64,000 bases of DNA from Octopus sinensis. Lineage: Eukaryota. Both the position numbers and the translations under genes were made by a program. Below are positions 23,242-37,596 of this stretch, piece after piece. Under the pieces are notes generated by a model. That model saw nothing but the letters and a program-made list of their open reading frames with translations, was not told the DNA's origin and searched no databases. Position 1 is the first letter of the stretch, and every line of letters starts with the position of its first letter. The DNA lies in the NCBI RefSeq assembly GCF_006345805.1, contig NC_043009.1, forward strand, positions 27,032,001-27,096,000, read 5' to 3'.

Positions 23242-23598
23242 CTGAAAAACTGGCAATGCTTTTAAAACAGCAACCACTTTAACAATACCAGAGTTACCAC
23301 CCCACTACATCTATACATTCAAAGCAGTTTGCCAACCGCCCTTCAGCAATAACTCACCCTGGTAAGCTCAGAGCCAACTGCTAAATTCAGATCACAATAG
23401 ACAGAGAGTATTTTCTTGAAGCCGAGAATTTTAAACTTACGGAGACAATAATTTAGTAGTTGGTACTGAGCATACCAGAGTGTGTTATTGGTGAAGGCCC
23501 GTTGGCAACCTGCTTTGAATGTGTAGATGTAGTGGGGTGGTGATTCTGGTATTGTTAAAGAGGTTACTGTTTCAAAAGCATTGCCATTTTTTCAGTTA
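23239..23598. repeat. ~360-bp fold-back / MITE-like element
   Basis: Imperfect inverted arms 23239-23387 and 23450-23598 around a ~62-nt spacer; TA-rich flanks. Confidence 0.85.
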
Positions 23599-23604
23599 AA
23601 TATA

Positions 23605-24878
23605 TACGAGGGGTGTTCAATAAGTAATGCCCCTGACCCACTTCCCATAGCAGTAGAGCAACGACACTTGGCACAGTTATTAGTCTTTTCCTACATAGGA
23701 ACTACCCAGAGTTATGCATTTCTCCCATCGTTTGATGCAGCTCTGGAGACTGTTTTTGTAGAAGACCCCAGCTTGGTCCTCCAACCACGACGTGACTTCA
23801 GAAATCAAGGCTGCATCATCTGGGAAACGCTTTCCTTTCAAAATCAACTTCATGGCTGGGAAGAGGTGAAAATCAGAGGGTGCAAGGGGAGGAGTTCATA
23901 GCTGCACGCCTGTGCTTCTGATCTGGCGACACGCGAGTTGTGGACCGGAGCGTTGTCCTGCAGGAGGAGGATGCCTTTGCTGATCTTGCCCCGCCTCTTG
24001 ATTTTGATAGCTTCTCTTAATTTCCTCAAAAGTGAAGCATAATAGGCTCCTGTAATTGTGGTACCATTTGCCAGGAAATCTGTCATCACTACTCCGTCCT
24101 GGTCCCAGAAGACTGTGAGCATAACCTTGTCAGCGGAGGGCTGCACCCTTGCCTTCTTTGGAGGAGGTGAGTCACGGTGCTTTCACTGCATTGACTGGGC
24201 TTTGGTCTATGGATCATAGTGATGGACCCAGGTTTTATCCTGTGTGATCAGTCTTTTGAAAAATTTTGACTCATCTTCTTGGCACATCTCCAAATTCATC
24301 CTCGAGCACTCAACGCGTTCTTGCTTCTGGAAAGGTGTGAGCAACCTGGAAATCCATCTGGCAGACACCTTTTGCATATGCAAATGGTCATGAATGATAG
24401 TTTCCACAGACCCGGTACTAATCTTGACCTTATGAGCTATTTGGCGAATAGTTATGCGTTGACCTTCCAAAATGGCAGCCTCAACTTGACGGACAGACGT
24501 CTCATCAACGGCAGAAGGGGGCGACCAGATCTGGGAGCTGTTTCCACAGAGTTCCGACTATGTTTGAATTCACAATGCCAGCGTTTTACAAGGTCATATG
24601 ATGGGGTATCATCACCATAAGTTACTTTCATTGCATCAAAAGTCTCCCGTGGTGTGCGTCCTTTCAAATACATAAACCAGATCACTGCTCGACACTCAAC
24701 AGGCTCCATTTCACACTTGACTCAGTTCAAACACCTGTAAATCAGAAACCACAATTAGTTCAGAGCTGTAATTCGCCACTTAATCTATAGAGGTTTAAAT
24801 AAGTGCACATGCAAAATTTCAGCTAGATCAAACAACTGCAAGTGGGTCAGGGGCATTACTTATTGAACGCCCCTCGTA
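23605..24878 (-). mobile_element. Full-length mariner (irritans/Hsmar2-like) with disrupted transposase
   Basis: ~37-bp TIRs CGAGGGGTGTTCAATAAGTAATGCCCCTGACCCACTT with TA flanks; fragments MEPVECRAVI, KVSARWISRLL, TQDKTWVHHYDP, KVMLTVFWD, LQDNAPVH. Confidence 0.93.
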
Positions 24879-24916
24879 TATATATACATACGTATATACT
24901 CCCACACACACACACG

Positions 24917-24952
<36 letters not shown>

Positions 24953-25324
24953 AATATATATACATACATATATATATATATATATATTATATATACATAT
25001 ATATATTATATATATATGTATATATACATAGACGCACTCGCGCACAGATATATATATATATATACTATATTATATATATTATATATTTACATATATATAT
25101 ATATATTATATATATGTATATATATATATATAGACGCACTCGCGCACAGATATATAAAAATTTATGTATATATATATATTATATAATATATATATATATA
25201 TATATTATATAATATATATATATATATATATTTTATATAATATATGTATATATATTAGATAATTTATATATATATATAATATATTATATATATGTATATT
25301 ATATATATGTATATATATGTATGT

Positions 25325-25393
<69 letters not shown>

Positions 25394-25398
25394 ATATA
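24879..25398. repeat. (CA)n/(TA)n low-complexity block
   Basis: Direct reading; includes duplicated TAGACGCACTCGCGCACAGATATA. Confidence 0.9.
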
Positions 25399-26017
25399 GT
25401 CTAGTGATTAAAAAATAAATGTTGAACCGTCCTTATTCTTGTTGACTCCAGTGTTTTCAGTTATCTATTCACACACGACAGACGCCCCAAGACTAACCAG
25501 GAAGTGTGTATAATACTACTAATTTATAACACAGGGTAAATCTGAAGGTGGACGAGATTGATACTGTACTCTACTACGTTCTTAACAGAATATACCATAA
25601 CTATACACAAACACACACACACACATACATACATATATATATATACACGCGCTTGCTCGTGTGTGAGTTGAAGGCACAAAAAGCGTATATGCGTGTGTGT
25701 AAAGACAGACATGTTATACGTGTCAATATATGCGTTTGTACAATCAATTCTTACTGAAACCATAAATATTTGTTTTCATTTATATAGTAATACAGTCCTA
25801 AACAAGACAAAAGAATTATATTTACCTATTCTGCTGTGCTGCACTGTGACAAAAATTTGTGGGAACCCTCGTCCACTTATCAAAATAAATCTCCATGTCG
25901 TTCTACTTCTCCTACACGAGATGCAGCGACCTTATTTTTAATTTATTACCTTTTTGCTTGCTGAATGACCCATATTTCTTTTCAGGTATTGTTGTTAATA
26001 ATATACGCAACATTTCA

Positions 26018-27068
26018 AGGTGGCGAGATGGCAGAAACTGTAGCACGCCGGGCGGCGAATTTTTTTTTCCCCACGACAGTTCCAGACCCCAGTTATGAAC
26101 ACATTTGCATACAGCCAATCAGAGCTCAACTATCAAACTAATTTATGAGAGCATAACAAGTGATGGGCGCTAAGATAAGGTCTCTTGTGTAAGGAATGAC
26201 CGTGCTTCTTTTCTCTTTTGATAATGCTTGTTGTTCTTGTTCTTCTTTCAACCGTGGCTGCCTCTGCGTAGTTGTGTTGTTACTTTGTAAAACAGTAAGG
26301 GGAGAGGGTTGCTAGCACATCACCCTCTACCCACATTTTCCCCATCCACATCTCTACCATATGGGGCCAAATCAGGCATAGCTTGGTGATCGGTCGACTT
26401 CGTCTTGAGTGTATTTGGTAGAGTGTGTTTGTTAACAAGTTCAAGGTGAGCTCTGATTGGCTGTTTGCAAATGCTAGGGTCCGGAACGCTTGTGGGAAAA
26501 AAATTTCGCCGCCGGGCGAAATGCTTAGCGGTATTTCGTCTGCCGCTACGTTCTGAGTTCAAATTCCGCCGAGGTCGACTTTGCCTTTCATCCTTTCGGG
26601 GTCGATTAAATAAGTACCAGTTACGCACTGGGGTCGATATAATCGACTTAATCCCTCTGTCTGTCCTTGTTTGTTCCCTCTGTGTTTAGCCCCTTGTGGG
26701 TAGTAAAGAAATAGGCAGTTCGTCTGCCGCTACGTTCTGAGTTCAAATTCCGCCGAGGTCGACTTTGCCTTTCATCCTTTCGGGGTCGATTAAATAAGTA
26801 CCAGTTACGCACTGGGGTCGATATAATCAATTTAATCCGTCTGTCTGTCCTTGTTTGTCCCTTCTGTGTTTTGCCCCTTGTGGGTAGTAAAGAAATAGAA
26901 CTAGGTATTTCGTCTGCCTTTATGTTCTGAGTTCAAATTCCGCCGAGGTCGACTTTGTCTTTCGTCCTTTAGGGACCGATAAATTAAGTACCAGTTGCGT
27001 ATTGGGGTCGATCTAATCGATTGTCCTCCCACCCAAATTTCGGGCCTTGTGACTAGAGTGGAATAGAA
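26018..27068 (+). mobile_element. Tandem array of three Nin-domain SINE units, the first interrupted by a MITE
   Basis: Repeated TTCTGAGTTCAAATTCCGCCGAGGTCGACTTTGCCTTTCATCCTTTCGGGGTCGAT at ~26550, ~26735 and ~26925. Confidence 0.88.
26054..26510. mobile_element. 457-bp MITE with long TIRs and 7-bp TSD (Mutator-like)
   Basis: TIRs GGCGAA(T)nCCCAC...GTTCC.GACCC...CATTTGCA.ACAGCCAATCAGAGCTCA; TSD GCCGGGC at 26047-26053 and 26511-26517. Confidence 0.85.
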
Positions 27069-27267
27069 TATACATAACATTTCATATTGCTTGCCTATAT
27101 CACTATAAAGGGTTGTTTCTTTTGTTACAGCCTACAGCTGGCGATTGAATATATTCATTTAACGAACGAGTAAACATGGCTACACAATGAAAATACATCT
27201 GAAACCAAACTGAGTAAATATCTGTGTGTATATTAACCATCTTACTAACAATAACTCTGAGCACCTT

Positions 27268-27613
27268 TCTAACACCCGTCTAACACCTGTCTAACACCCG
27301 GGGACATGTTTACAAAGTCAGAAAACAGCACAGTTCCCATGACTTTCGGAAACATTTTTTCACGCTAAAAGTTGCTGAAGTATGGAACAAACTGCCGGCA
27401 TCAGTTGTTAGTTGTCGGAGCACTGCATCCTTCAAAACTTCCATGCTTCCTGAGATTCGCCAACACTACACCTGATTTTCTCCACTCCATACATACGTAA
27501 GCATATATCTGACTCAGACACTGTTCACTTCCCAGACATTTGTACATTACTGCATATGCTTTATACGCACTTTTGACAAGTTGTGGTGCACCTGAGCACT
27601 GTATACAATAATT

Positions 27614-27663
<50 letters not shown>
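27268..27663 (+). mobile_element. CR1-type LINE 3' end with (ATT)n tail
   Basis: TRGHVYKV...RKHFFTLKVAEVWNKLPASVV...SFK C-terminal motif, followed by 3'UTR and (ATT)n. Confidence 0.85.
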
Positions 27664-27811
27664 GGACTACAGCACTTAACATTTTTAAAGCTTTTATCAG
27701 TCAGTTATGTCGAACTGCTAAGTTTCGGGAAAGTAAACATACCAACACTGGTTGTAAAATGGGGGGGGGGACAAACAACGACACGCACACACGCATATAC
27801 AATACATACAC

Positions 27812-27842
<31 letters not shown>

Positions 27843-28598
27843 CTCACACACACGCTCACATACACATATACATACATGTTCACAACAGGCTCCTTTAATA
27901 TGCTGCCACTTTATGATGAAATTTTTTCTGTAAAAAACTTCACCCTATATTAGTAGTAGATTTATATATATATATATATAAAACTATATACGCGCACGCG
28001 TACACACCCATTCACCCCCCATGTCCACACACATATTAGATGCACCACCTGAAAACAAATATAGGCTGTAGATAAAATAACACCATAAAGCAAATTTATG
28101 TTGTTTTGAATATATAATGAAACAATCACAAACAGAAACGAAGAAAGGCATACATGTATTTTCTGACGAAGTATTCAAGAAGCATTACCCGCCCGACATG
28201 TCCGAGTTTAAGAAAAGGCCATTTTAATTTCAAATCTGATTTTCACGCTCCGCCTTTTTTCATTAGTATCGCCTGTACTACTGAGACTAACACAACACAA
28301 TACTCATGTTATGTCTGAACAGAAAAAAACTTATTTTTGTATAGTTTTCTCATTCATTTTTCTATAATTGATAGCCTGAAAACATGGACATTCTGCTTTA
28401 TCAACTCCAGCAAATATTTAGAATATCTTATAGAAAATATTTTGAAAATTAACACGAAATCAGTTAATGTTGTTGTTTCAATTTATTTAATGAACAATAT
28501 CTGTGTTGATAAATTTTTAAACGAAGACTCCTCGATGCATTCAATCGAATATATGTCTCCCCTTTCGTTGACATTGAAACTGTTTTTGTATTACCACA

Positions 28599-28815
28599 TT
28601 ACTTGACCTTCCAGCTGTCCAAATCTTCCAATGTTTGAGGTAAGTCTTTATCTTTCGTTTCTGGTAGTAGAAGCAACAGCATGCCGGATATAACTGAAAG
28701 GACACCGTAAATACTCAGAGGAAGCCAGTTCGCATAAGATGAGAGTTGAAGTATAAAGGGTGCGCATATACCACCGACACGGGCAGACATCGAAGCTACA
28801 CCTAAACCGTTTGTT
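28599..28815 (-). CDS. Gene B coding exon 9
   Basis: [21 protein letters not shown]...[22 protein letters not shown]. Confidence 0.93.
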
Positions 28816-28970
28816 CTGAAAAGAAGAGAAATATAGATTAGTATAAAGGTATTTCCATTTGGATAGGGTTATCGTTTTGTGTTGATGTTAGTATGATAAA
28901 CATAGAAGTAACGGAAATTATTTGAAGAGTTCATGGCATTCACTTTCTCCATAGTACTGAGAAATATGTG

Positions 28971-29016
<46 letters not shown>

Positions 29017-29107
29017 AAGAGAAAGAGATAAGTGCATCGACAATATTCATACATTTGTATGTATATATATGAAATATAAATTAATATATAATTCGTATAC
29101 TATATGT

Positions 29108-29141
<34 letters not shown>

Positions 29142-29349
29142 TTATATATATATATATATATATATATATTGATAAAACGGTAAGATAACAAAAGAAAGAA
29201 AGAGACCTCAATATTATGTAAATAGAGGAAATTATCTATACAATATGTTACATTACTCGGTAGTCAAGATAAAACTCTGAGTTTCAGATGCCGAAGTGGA
29301 AATCCACAACACCATCTCTTCGGTTATCTGGCTATTTGAAATGTAACAT

Positions 29350-29425
<76 letters not shown>

Positions 29426-32400
29426 TACATATATACATACATACATACATACATACATACATACATACATGCATACATACATACATACATACATACATAC
29501 ATACATACATACATACATACATACATACATACATACGTACATACATGCATACATACATACATACATACATACATACATGCATACATACACACCCCCACAC
29601 AGATATATATATATAAACATACAAAAATACACTATATATACTATATGTTATTTAAATGTCATATATAATCCTTGAATTGCACGAATTCAATATTGACTTG
29701 CTCAACGTGTGGACGGTTAGGTATAAACGAGATAGTCCCAACGCAAGTGAAAAGGAATATGCATAAAATCTTATAAAATTACCAAGGGCAGTGCCTTGCT
29801 ACAATGAAATTCTAAAATGCGAGCAGATTAGAGGCTAGTTTTAGTTATATACCATCCGTCCAAATGTGAAACTGCCTGCAATACCTGGTTCGCACTTTCC
29901 TCTGGTTAAATATTGAGTATTTCACCGACAGAGCCTTCCTGGGAGTCTTATATAATCAGTTTTCACATTAACCATAAACATACGAATTCATTAATAGACG
30001 TACACATTTTAAGAAACTCGTAACGTATATGCTAAATGAAGAATTGTAATTCCCAAGATTTAGCCAGCGATAGTTGAAATGCAAAGTTCCATTTAATAAT
30101 TAAAGACAAATGTATCTGTTTATTCGATTCTTTAAGTTTCCTTTGGTCTCCGTCTTCATTAGATGGGTGTGGATGTCTGTCGCATGTTATGTTTCTCTGT
30201 GTCTGACGACAATTAACTCAAAACTGTGCACCCAGAGCGATTCGGAAAAAAACTTGAAATACGAGCATAAAATATATATTAACTCTATATTTGTTAAATT
30301 CAATAGTTTTCATTTTGTTAAATGACGCCCACTTGATGTGTGTGTCTGCGTGTCTAAATATTTTCTCGTTTATTTAGAGCTATAAATGACTAGGTACACG
30401 CCCGCTCCCGCGCACACGCTATATGTCCATTGTTAATTATACATCAATATAAATATGTGTCCTTGCAAGAGGTATGGTACAACTTGAGTGTCGACATGTG
30501 AAGTTCCGCATTTATTAGGCCAACGTACAATCTTCATAAACACCCAGCTAGACATCCATCTATAGAAGTTACATTCTCCAGTGATTTACTACAAATGAAT
30601 TTTATCAATAAAACTTAAGCATATTTGTGATACCCTTTAGCCACCCTAGTAGTTAGGTATTCTTTGCGGGATTTCAGAATAACATATTTATCAAAATTGG
30701 TTTTTAATCTTTATCATTTATTTACAGCATGCAAGGAAACTTGAATGCTCAAACAGTTATGGTTTCCCTGGACAATAAATCAAAGTTATTTTTCAGTTTG
30801 GTGTCAAAGTGTAATGATAAGTTCTCAGTAAAGGCCACCGATTTCCATGTAAATTGATATTTGGAGCAATACAGACAGTAAGTAATATAATCAAAAATGA
30901 TATGGACACCATACACTGTTCTTCCAATCTCTTCTAGGAAAGAAATAAATGCTGGAGGTTGGACTGAGTTTAGAAGAATGGTTGAAAATATATTCCTTCA
31001 TTTCGACGCTTTATTCTCTTATTTTAAATATAACGAGTTTAATATGAATATTTTAATCACTGTTTTTAAGAAACTTGTCCGAAATGTAATAGACTGATGC
31101 AGTGAAAATTTGGTGAAATGAGTTGTTGAAGGATATTCCAGTGTTTGGTACAGCCACACAGAAACCGGAACCTGCATACTACACGCAATCGGAGACTTTG
31201 TCAACTCGATTATTCGTAACTGTGACAAAGAGACGTCTGGATACCACTTACCTAACAACTGTTGGAAATATTTCTGCTGATAAAAGATAAATTGAAGAAA
31301 AACCTGCTGCAATTCCAAACTTTCCTAGAACAGCCAGAATCAGAGGAAACCAGAATGACCCTAAAATACAATAAAGCCATAGCTTAGGTAATGCAACAAA
31401 TTTCTGCGATTGTTTTATAACAGGATTTTTATTAAAAATCTACACTGTGATTTTTGATGTCATGTCTGAATTAGATTATTCATTATAAATACACATCTTT
31501 TGGCTCCTAATTATATGTAATTTGTGAGATGAATAAAATTAACTCTATGATCTAAAGATTTTTAAATATTCAGGTTTTATGTATCGTAAACTGCAACGTA
31601 AAGTGAATTAAATAATTATTAACCGAAAGATAGGAAATTACATCGATTCAAATTTGCATCACTCTTGACAATATTAGGTCGTCAAGTATGAAATTCGTAG
31701 AAAAGAAAAAAAAGCTTGCTAATATTTTATAAATACAAGGAATATTTTTATTTATCAAAGTATGCACCCATATTGTCAATACACTTTTGCCATCTCAGCG
31801 GTAGCTTCTCCAACCCGGTACTGTAAAAGCTTGGGAATCTAGAGTCAATAAAATCTTGGAAGGCCTGTTTTACAGCTTTTTTCCTATAAAAAAGTTATCC
31901 AAATTCTAGAAGTGGTAGTCAGTGGGGTCAAGATCAGGTGAGTATGGTGGATGATAGAGAACTTCCAAGTCCAACTCCTGTAGTTTCGCCAATGTCATTT
32001 TTGCGATCTGTGGTTTGGCGTAGTCTTGCAATAAAATAGGAGTGAATCTGTTGACTAATCTAGGCTGTTTTTTTGTAAGTTTCTGCATCCTTTGGTCCAC
32101 TTGGCTGTAGTATACTTCGGCCGTGATTGATGAGCCAGGTTTAATGCAATCATAATGGATCACACTTGCACCAGACCATCAAATACACACCATCAGCTTT
32201 TGATGAATTTTGTTTTTTGGACTGTGTTTTGGTGGCTCGTCTTTGTCCAGCCATTGTGCTGAACTTACAATTCAATTAAAAAAATGATTCATTTTTGTGA
32301 CGAGAAAATAGCATAATGCAGACTTCCAAAACGTTTCTGTTTCTGATTTTCATTGAGTTCATGTGGAACTCACTTATCCAACTTTCTCACTTTACCGATT

Positions 32401-35400
32401 TGAACTAGATGAATCAACATTGTTTGCTTGCTAGCACCAAACAACAACGATAATTCACGAGCACTTTGAGATAAATCTGACTCGACGGTGGCCTTCAGTT
32501 CGTCATTATCCACCTTTGTTTCTAGTCGAACGCGTTGCTCATTTGAAAGGTCAAAGTTACCAGAACGAAGTTTTGCAAACCAATTTGATAATATCTGCTG
32601 TGTAACAATATTAGAATGAAATACTCCATTAATATTCCGAGCTGTCTGCAATGCTGTATTTCCAAGAAAGAACTCATATTTCAAAACTGTACGAATTCCC
32701 GACTTATCAATCTCTAAACAAAAATAGCAAAAAGCGATTTATAAATAATTTATAAAGCGCAAAATGATTTAGAATAAAAAAATAGATGTGTCAGCTTTCT
32801 AACAAAAAATAAAGATTGTCAAAATATAATAATGGCGCAAAATGAGCAGCTGTCAAAGTTTACCATATATTTTACTACAAATTTCATACTTGACGACCTA
32901 ATGATTTTTTTTCCTTTAGCAATTTCTGAATTATGAATAAATCATATAATTTCAAAAGCAAACGGTATCATTTCTAGTTGCTCATTATCCAGAATTTAAC
33001 AAAAGAAATCATCCAAACGTCGCAGCTGGTATAATATAACACAGCTAATTAAATATTTCATAAAATTGGTTTAATAAAACTAATAGAAATACAACAGATG
33101 AGCTAATGAAGTAAAAATCAAGTCAATATAATGTGGTATGGGATAGTTGACATATTGTATGGAATCACGTGCTACATTACAATCCAGTAAGAATATGGTG
33201 AATAAATTCTGTCATTTGGTGCGAAACCTTATCTGGAATGTTCTTCGTGCTTCAATAAATTTGTTTCTAAAACTACATTTGTAATCCAGTATTAGTAAGT
33301 CATAACCAGGTATTTGTTACGATAAAATTGTGAATCTTTTAGTTTTAGACAACATAGAAAATACTCATTACAAATTGCTTCAAATATCGATTTTGTATAA
33401 GCTAAATTCAACAATAATTTCCCTGAAAAATAAATAAAAGTGAATATAAATTATCAATATTTATGATATACATTACCTTCGGTTACAAAATTCGACACGA
33501 TGCAATTTAATCCACTAAATATCATAAAGAAAGTAATAGGTTTGCGATGGTCAAAACGATTAAACAAATAATAAGAAAATAAGCAGGCGGGAAACTCAAC
33601 AAGTTGCATTAAAAGGTAGTTTAAGTAGCGGTTTCCAGCCATATCAACAGAATTTAGTAATACGCCGTAGTATGACATGCTGCAGACCATCCTGCAAAAA
33701 ACAAACCACACATTACATAATAAAGTTACATTAAAAATGTATACTAATCACATAAATTCCAGATAATTACTCTCCCGTTCAAGTCAATTATGCCATGAAC
33801 TACACAAGATATAGAAGAATGATTTGAATGAAAATATTTGATTTTTTCAAGAACATTTTTTTGTCATTTGCAACAGAATAAGGGAAACGAACTCCGTGAA
33901 ATAAGCTGATTGGTGCATATTTGCACATTGCTTATTATACAATTTTAGAGACGATAATGTATATTTAATTACGAACTTGTGATAATTATCAATTGTTGCT
34001 GATGGTATATTTTATGGGATTTTTAAAACGTTAAATGAAGGTTGCTACTATCCGATTTGCCGTGTAAATATTTCGTCATTCTCACTGGCCGTGTCAATAA
34101 CGCTAATCTCCTAGTAATAGTTTCCAATTGCCAGCACATAATAACTTTGAAACGGTTTCATCATTGAGTGCCCCAGAATATTTAATGTCTATATTCTTAG
34201 AATAAGGTACTGAGTGCGTAGTCACGAGAGCCAACAAATGTGATAGATATCCTGATATGTTGTTCGATTATATTTATACCATTTCACTTAATAAAGATGT
34301 CCCATCTAAGATAATCTTCTGTTCATCATTTTAAAATATATAGAAATTCTTTAAAAACAGAGATATACAATGTGATACAAAAAAGACTTTTAAAGAAATA
34401 GTTACCAGCACAAGCAAACATTAAGTGTGATTAATGCAATCCTCCATGTTTTAAATAGATCAATAAAAGTATAATTCTTCACTTTCGGTAAAACTTTTTC
34501 CTCCCGTATATTTTCTCGAAAACTATTGGTGAAAGAAGTATTCTCCTCATTATTTGTAAATACATCTAACACCTCCTCATTTTGCAGGTTATTTTTCTTC
34601 ATCACTTTATGAAGAAGTGCATTTGCTTCCCTAAACCGTTTTCGTTCAATCAACCATCGTGGAGATTCAGGGAGAAATCTGAAAGTGTTCGATAAAAAGT
34701 GTTGTTTAAAAAAAAATTATTGATAATTAGGTATCAATGTTGTAGTTTCTATAACTAGCAATAATTCGAAAATACAGACGCATAAAATAGACAGATAGAT
34801 AGATAGATAGATAGATGCACAGACAGAGAGACCGATACATAAATAGACAGACAAACAGACAGTCAGAGAATATATATATAAGAGCAAAATGCCCCCTGAC
34901 CAATGGACGGTGCTGAGTTGTCAAACATTTATAAAATTTTCTCAAAACAACTTGTCCGACCGTCCCATTTTGTGGCATTATTTCAAGCCAGCCGGCTTTT
35001 TTTGCGCAAACTGCACGTGCATTTTTCTCGCGTATGCATAGTATCGATCGCAATAGCTGATGTACTTGCGCGTACAAATGCACGTTCCCACGGTTTTATC
35101 GATCGCATTCTCACCTGAAATCGATGTTTGTAATTTTTTCAAGATTTATACACGCTCTGATACCGTCGGTATTGACATATCAAAATTGAGCGCAATCGGA
35201 TGGAGGATGCCCGAGATCCTAGAAGACACACACACAGACAGAACGGATTTTATATAATAGATATATGTATGTATACACACACATACACACATATGCACAT
35301 ACACACACACACATACAGACGTAAACAGTATTTAATATAAAATAAATACAAAACACTGATAGACAGAGACACACATAGAAAGATAGAAAGAGAAACATAC

Positions 35401-37547
35401 AAATCGAGAGAGAGAGAGAGAGAGAGAGAGAGGGGAGAGACAGACTGATAAATAGAAAGACAGACATAAACAGACAGACAGATATACTGACTGTCAGACA
35501 TACAGACAGATAAATCATTTCTCCATTATGTCAGGGAGCTTGATGTAATTCGGGATTTCTTGCTTACGATTTAGTAAAAATATACTCAATATGAGTTACA
35601 GAATATAATTATATTTCTTCGACTCTTGGGTTCTGGTGTTAAGTTTTTTGAATGCTTAATCCATCAAGACATGATGTATTATAATGGAAAAATGCATTAA
35701 ATTAAAATGATGTCAGTAATATTGTTTAACTGTGAGTATGTAAGTAACATATAAAATGGGTAATCCATAACTAAACCAGGAATTTTCTTTAATGGAAAAC
35801 AACTATTTCACTTGCGTTAAATATTAGTTGGGTTTCTTTGCGTCGGGTTTGTTGGTTTACCCTGTTTCACTTACTGTACATATACGTACATGTAAATGGA
35901 ATAAAGACATCAATTTACTTGTATCTAGAAATCAACGACTAAAATTTATGCTTGATTTTAAGCGTCAAATTTCTTACTATGTCATGTGTCGTCTGCATGT
36001 TCGCATAGTCTGTATTTGGAATTGCAATGTTATAGGAATGTGCATGACTGTGTGCAGTTTATATTTCTTAGTTCTGATGAATATCGAGAAACTTCTTTCC
36101 AGCTTAAAACATAGTTTCGAAGAATCAAAATTGTTTAAAAGTAATTTCAGAAACAAGATTATGTGCCTTTGAACAGGAAATTAGTATCAAAAGCAATAAT
36201 ACACTGAATAAATGTAGAATCGATAGATCGAACAGTTTCTATGACTTGCGCAGCAATTGTGGAATTAGTATAACAATCGGTCAGCTGATATATGCGTATG
36301 ACATGGTGTTACTTGGCACGGCAGGATGTGATCTCCAGCATGCAATGAATGGTTTCGCAGCCGAGTGCTGCAAGGTGGTGGTGAAAATTAGTGTGGCGAA
36401 GACTAAGGTATCAGTCCTATTAAGAAGGTCTTCCTAGTGATCTCTGCATGTTAGAAGAACATCACTGAGGTAAGTGGAGACGCTTAAATATTTGGGGACT
36501 GTATTCACAACTAATGAGGAGCAGAGGACGAATTGGAAGTGCTGGAGTAGTAATGTGCCATCTCCAGCATTCGATCTTAACAAAAGAGGTTGGTGAAAGA
36601 ACCAGATTAACTATCTTCACTTCGGTGTTCGTGTCTATCCTCACCTATATCCATCAATGACGGATAATGCTGGAAAGGATATGATTGCCAACGCAAGTAC
36701 ATGAAGTAAGGTCCTCCGAACGATATCTGGGGTTAAGTTACTGGACTGGGTGCGTAGGCTGTTGATAAGGGAACTTCTCTCCTCGTCGAGTCGCTAATTT
36801 TTCGCACTGAGAGGTCACAGATTCTGTACATTGGATATGTGTTTAAATGGTACAGGAATGAATTGGAAGACGGGTTCTTCACACCGAATCAACTGGCAGG
36901 AAACTTAGATGTAAACCAAGAAATAGACGGTTGGATAATAAAATCTCCGTATCCTGAGTTAGTCACATTTGGGAATCTAGCCAGAAAGGTGCTTCTGCTA
37001 GCACCTTTTGGAATAGTGGGTGGAGAATATGGATGGATGAATGGATGGGAGGTATACCGCATTGTGAATGCATGCATTGGTTCTGTCAAGAACACACTCA
37101 CACACACACTCACACACACACACACACACACACAAAGACATACTCACGCACTCACACACACATACATTTAAATATATATATGGGGGGGGGAAGCACTCCG
37201 TCGGTTACGACGATGAGGGTTCCGGTTGATCCGAATCAACGTGTAATTAACGTGTAAGTGGCTGAGCACTCCACAGACACGTGTACCCTTAACGTAGTTC
37301 TCGGGGATATTCAGCGTGACACAGAGATGGACAAGGCCGGCCCTTTGAAATACAGGTACAACAGAAACAGGAAGTAAGAGTGAGAGAAAGTTGTGGCGAA
37401 AGAGTACACCACCATCCCCTGCCGGAGCCTCGTGGAGCTTTAGGTGTTTTCGCTCAACAAACACTCACAACGCCCGGTCTGGGAATCGAAACCGCGATCC
37501 TACGACCGCGAGTCCGCTGCCCTAACCACTGGGCCATTGCGCCTCCA

Positions 37548-37596
<49 letters not shown>

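Noticed and set aside
22574-25186. Many ORFs rich in YI, HT, LSIY or MYVC (also at 29.3, 39, 40.6-41.3, 47-48.9, 52 and 57 kb)
   Set aside because: They are translations of (TA)n, (CA)n, (TCTA)n, (CATA)n and (TCCA)n microsatellites and show no protein features
37470-37550. tRNA-like sequences (also at 38605, 51215 and 5998)
   Set aside because: They are SINE heads with A/B boxes that run into repeat bodies; no complete cloverleaf
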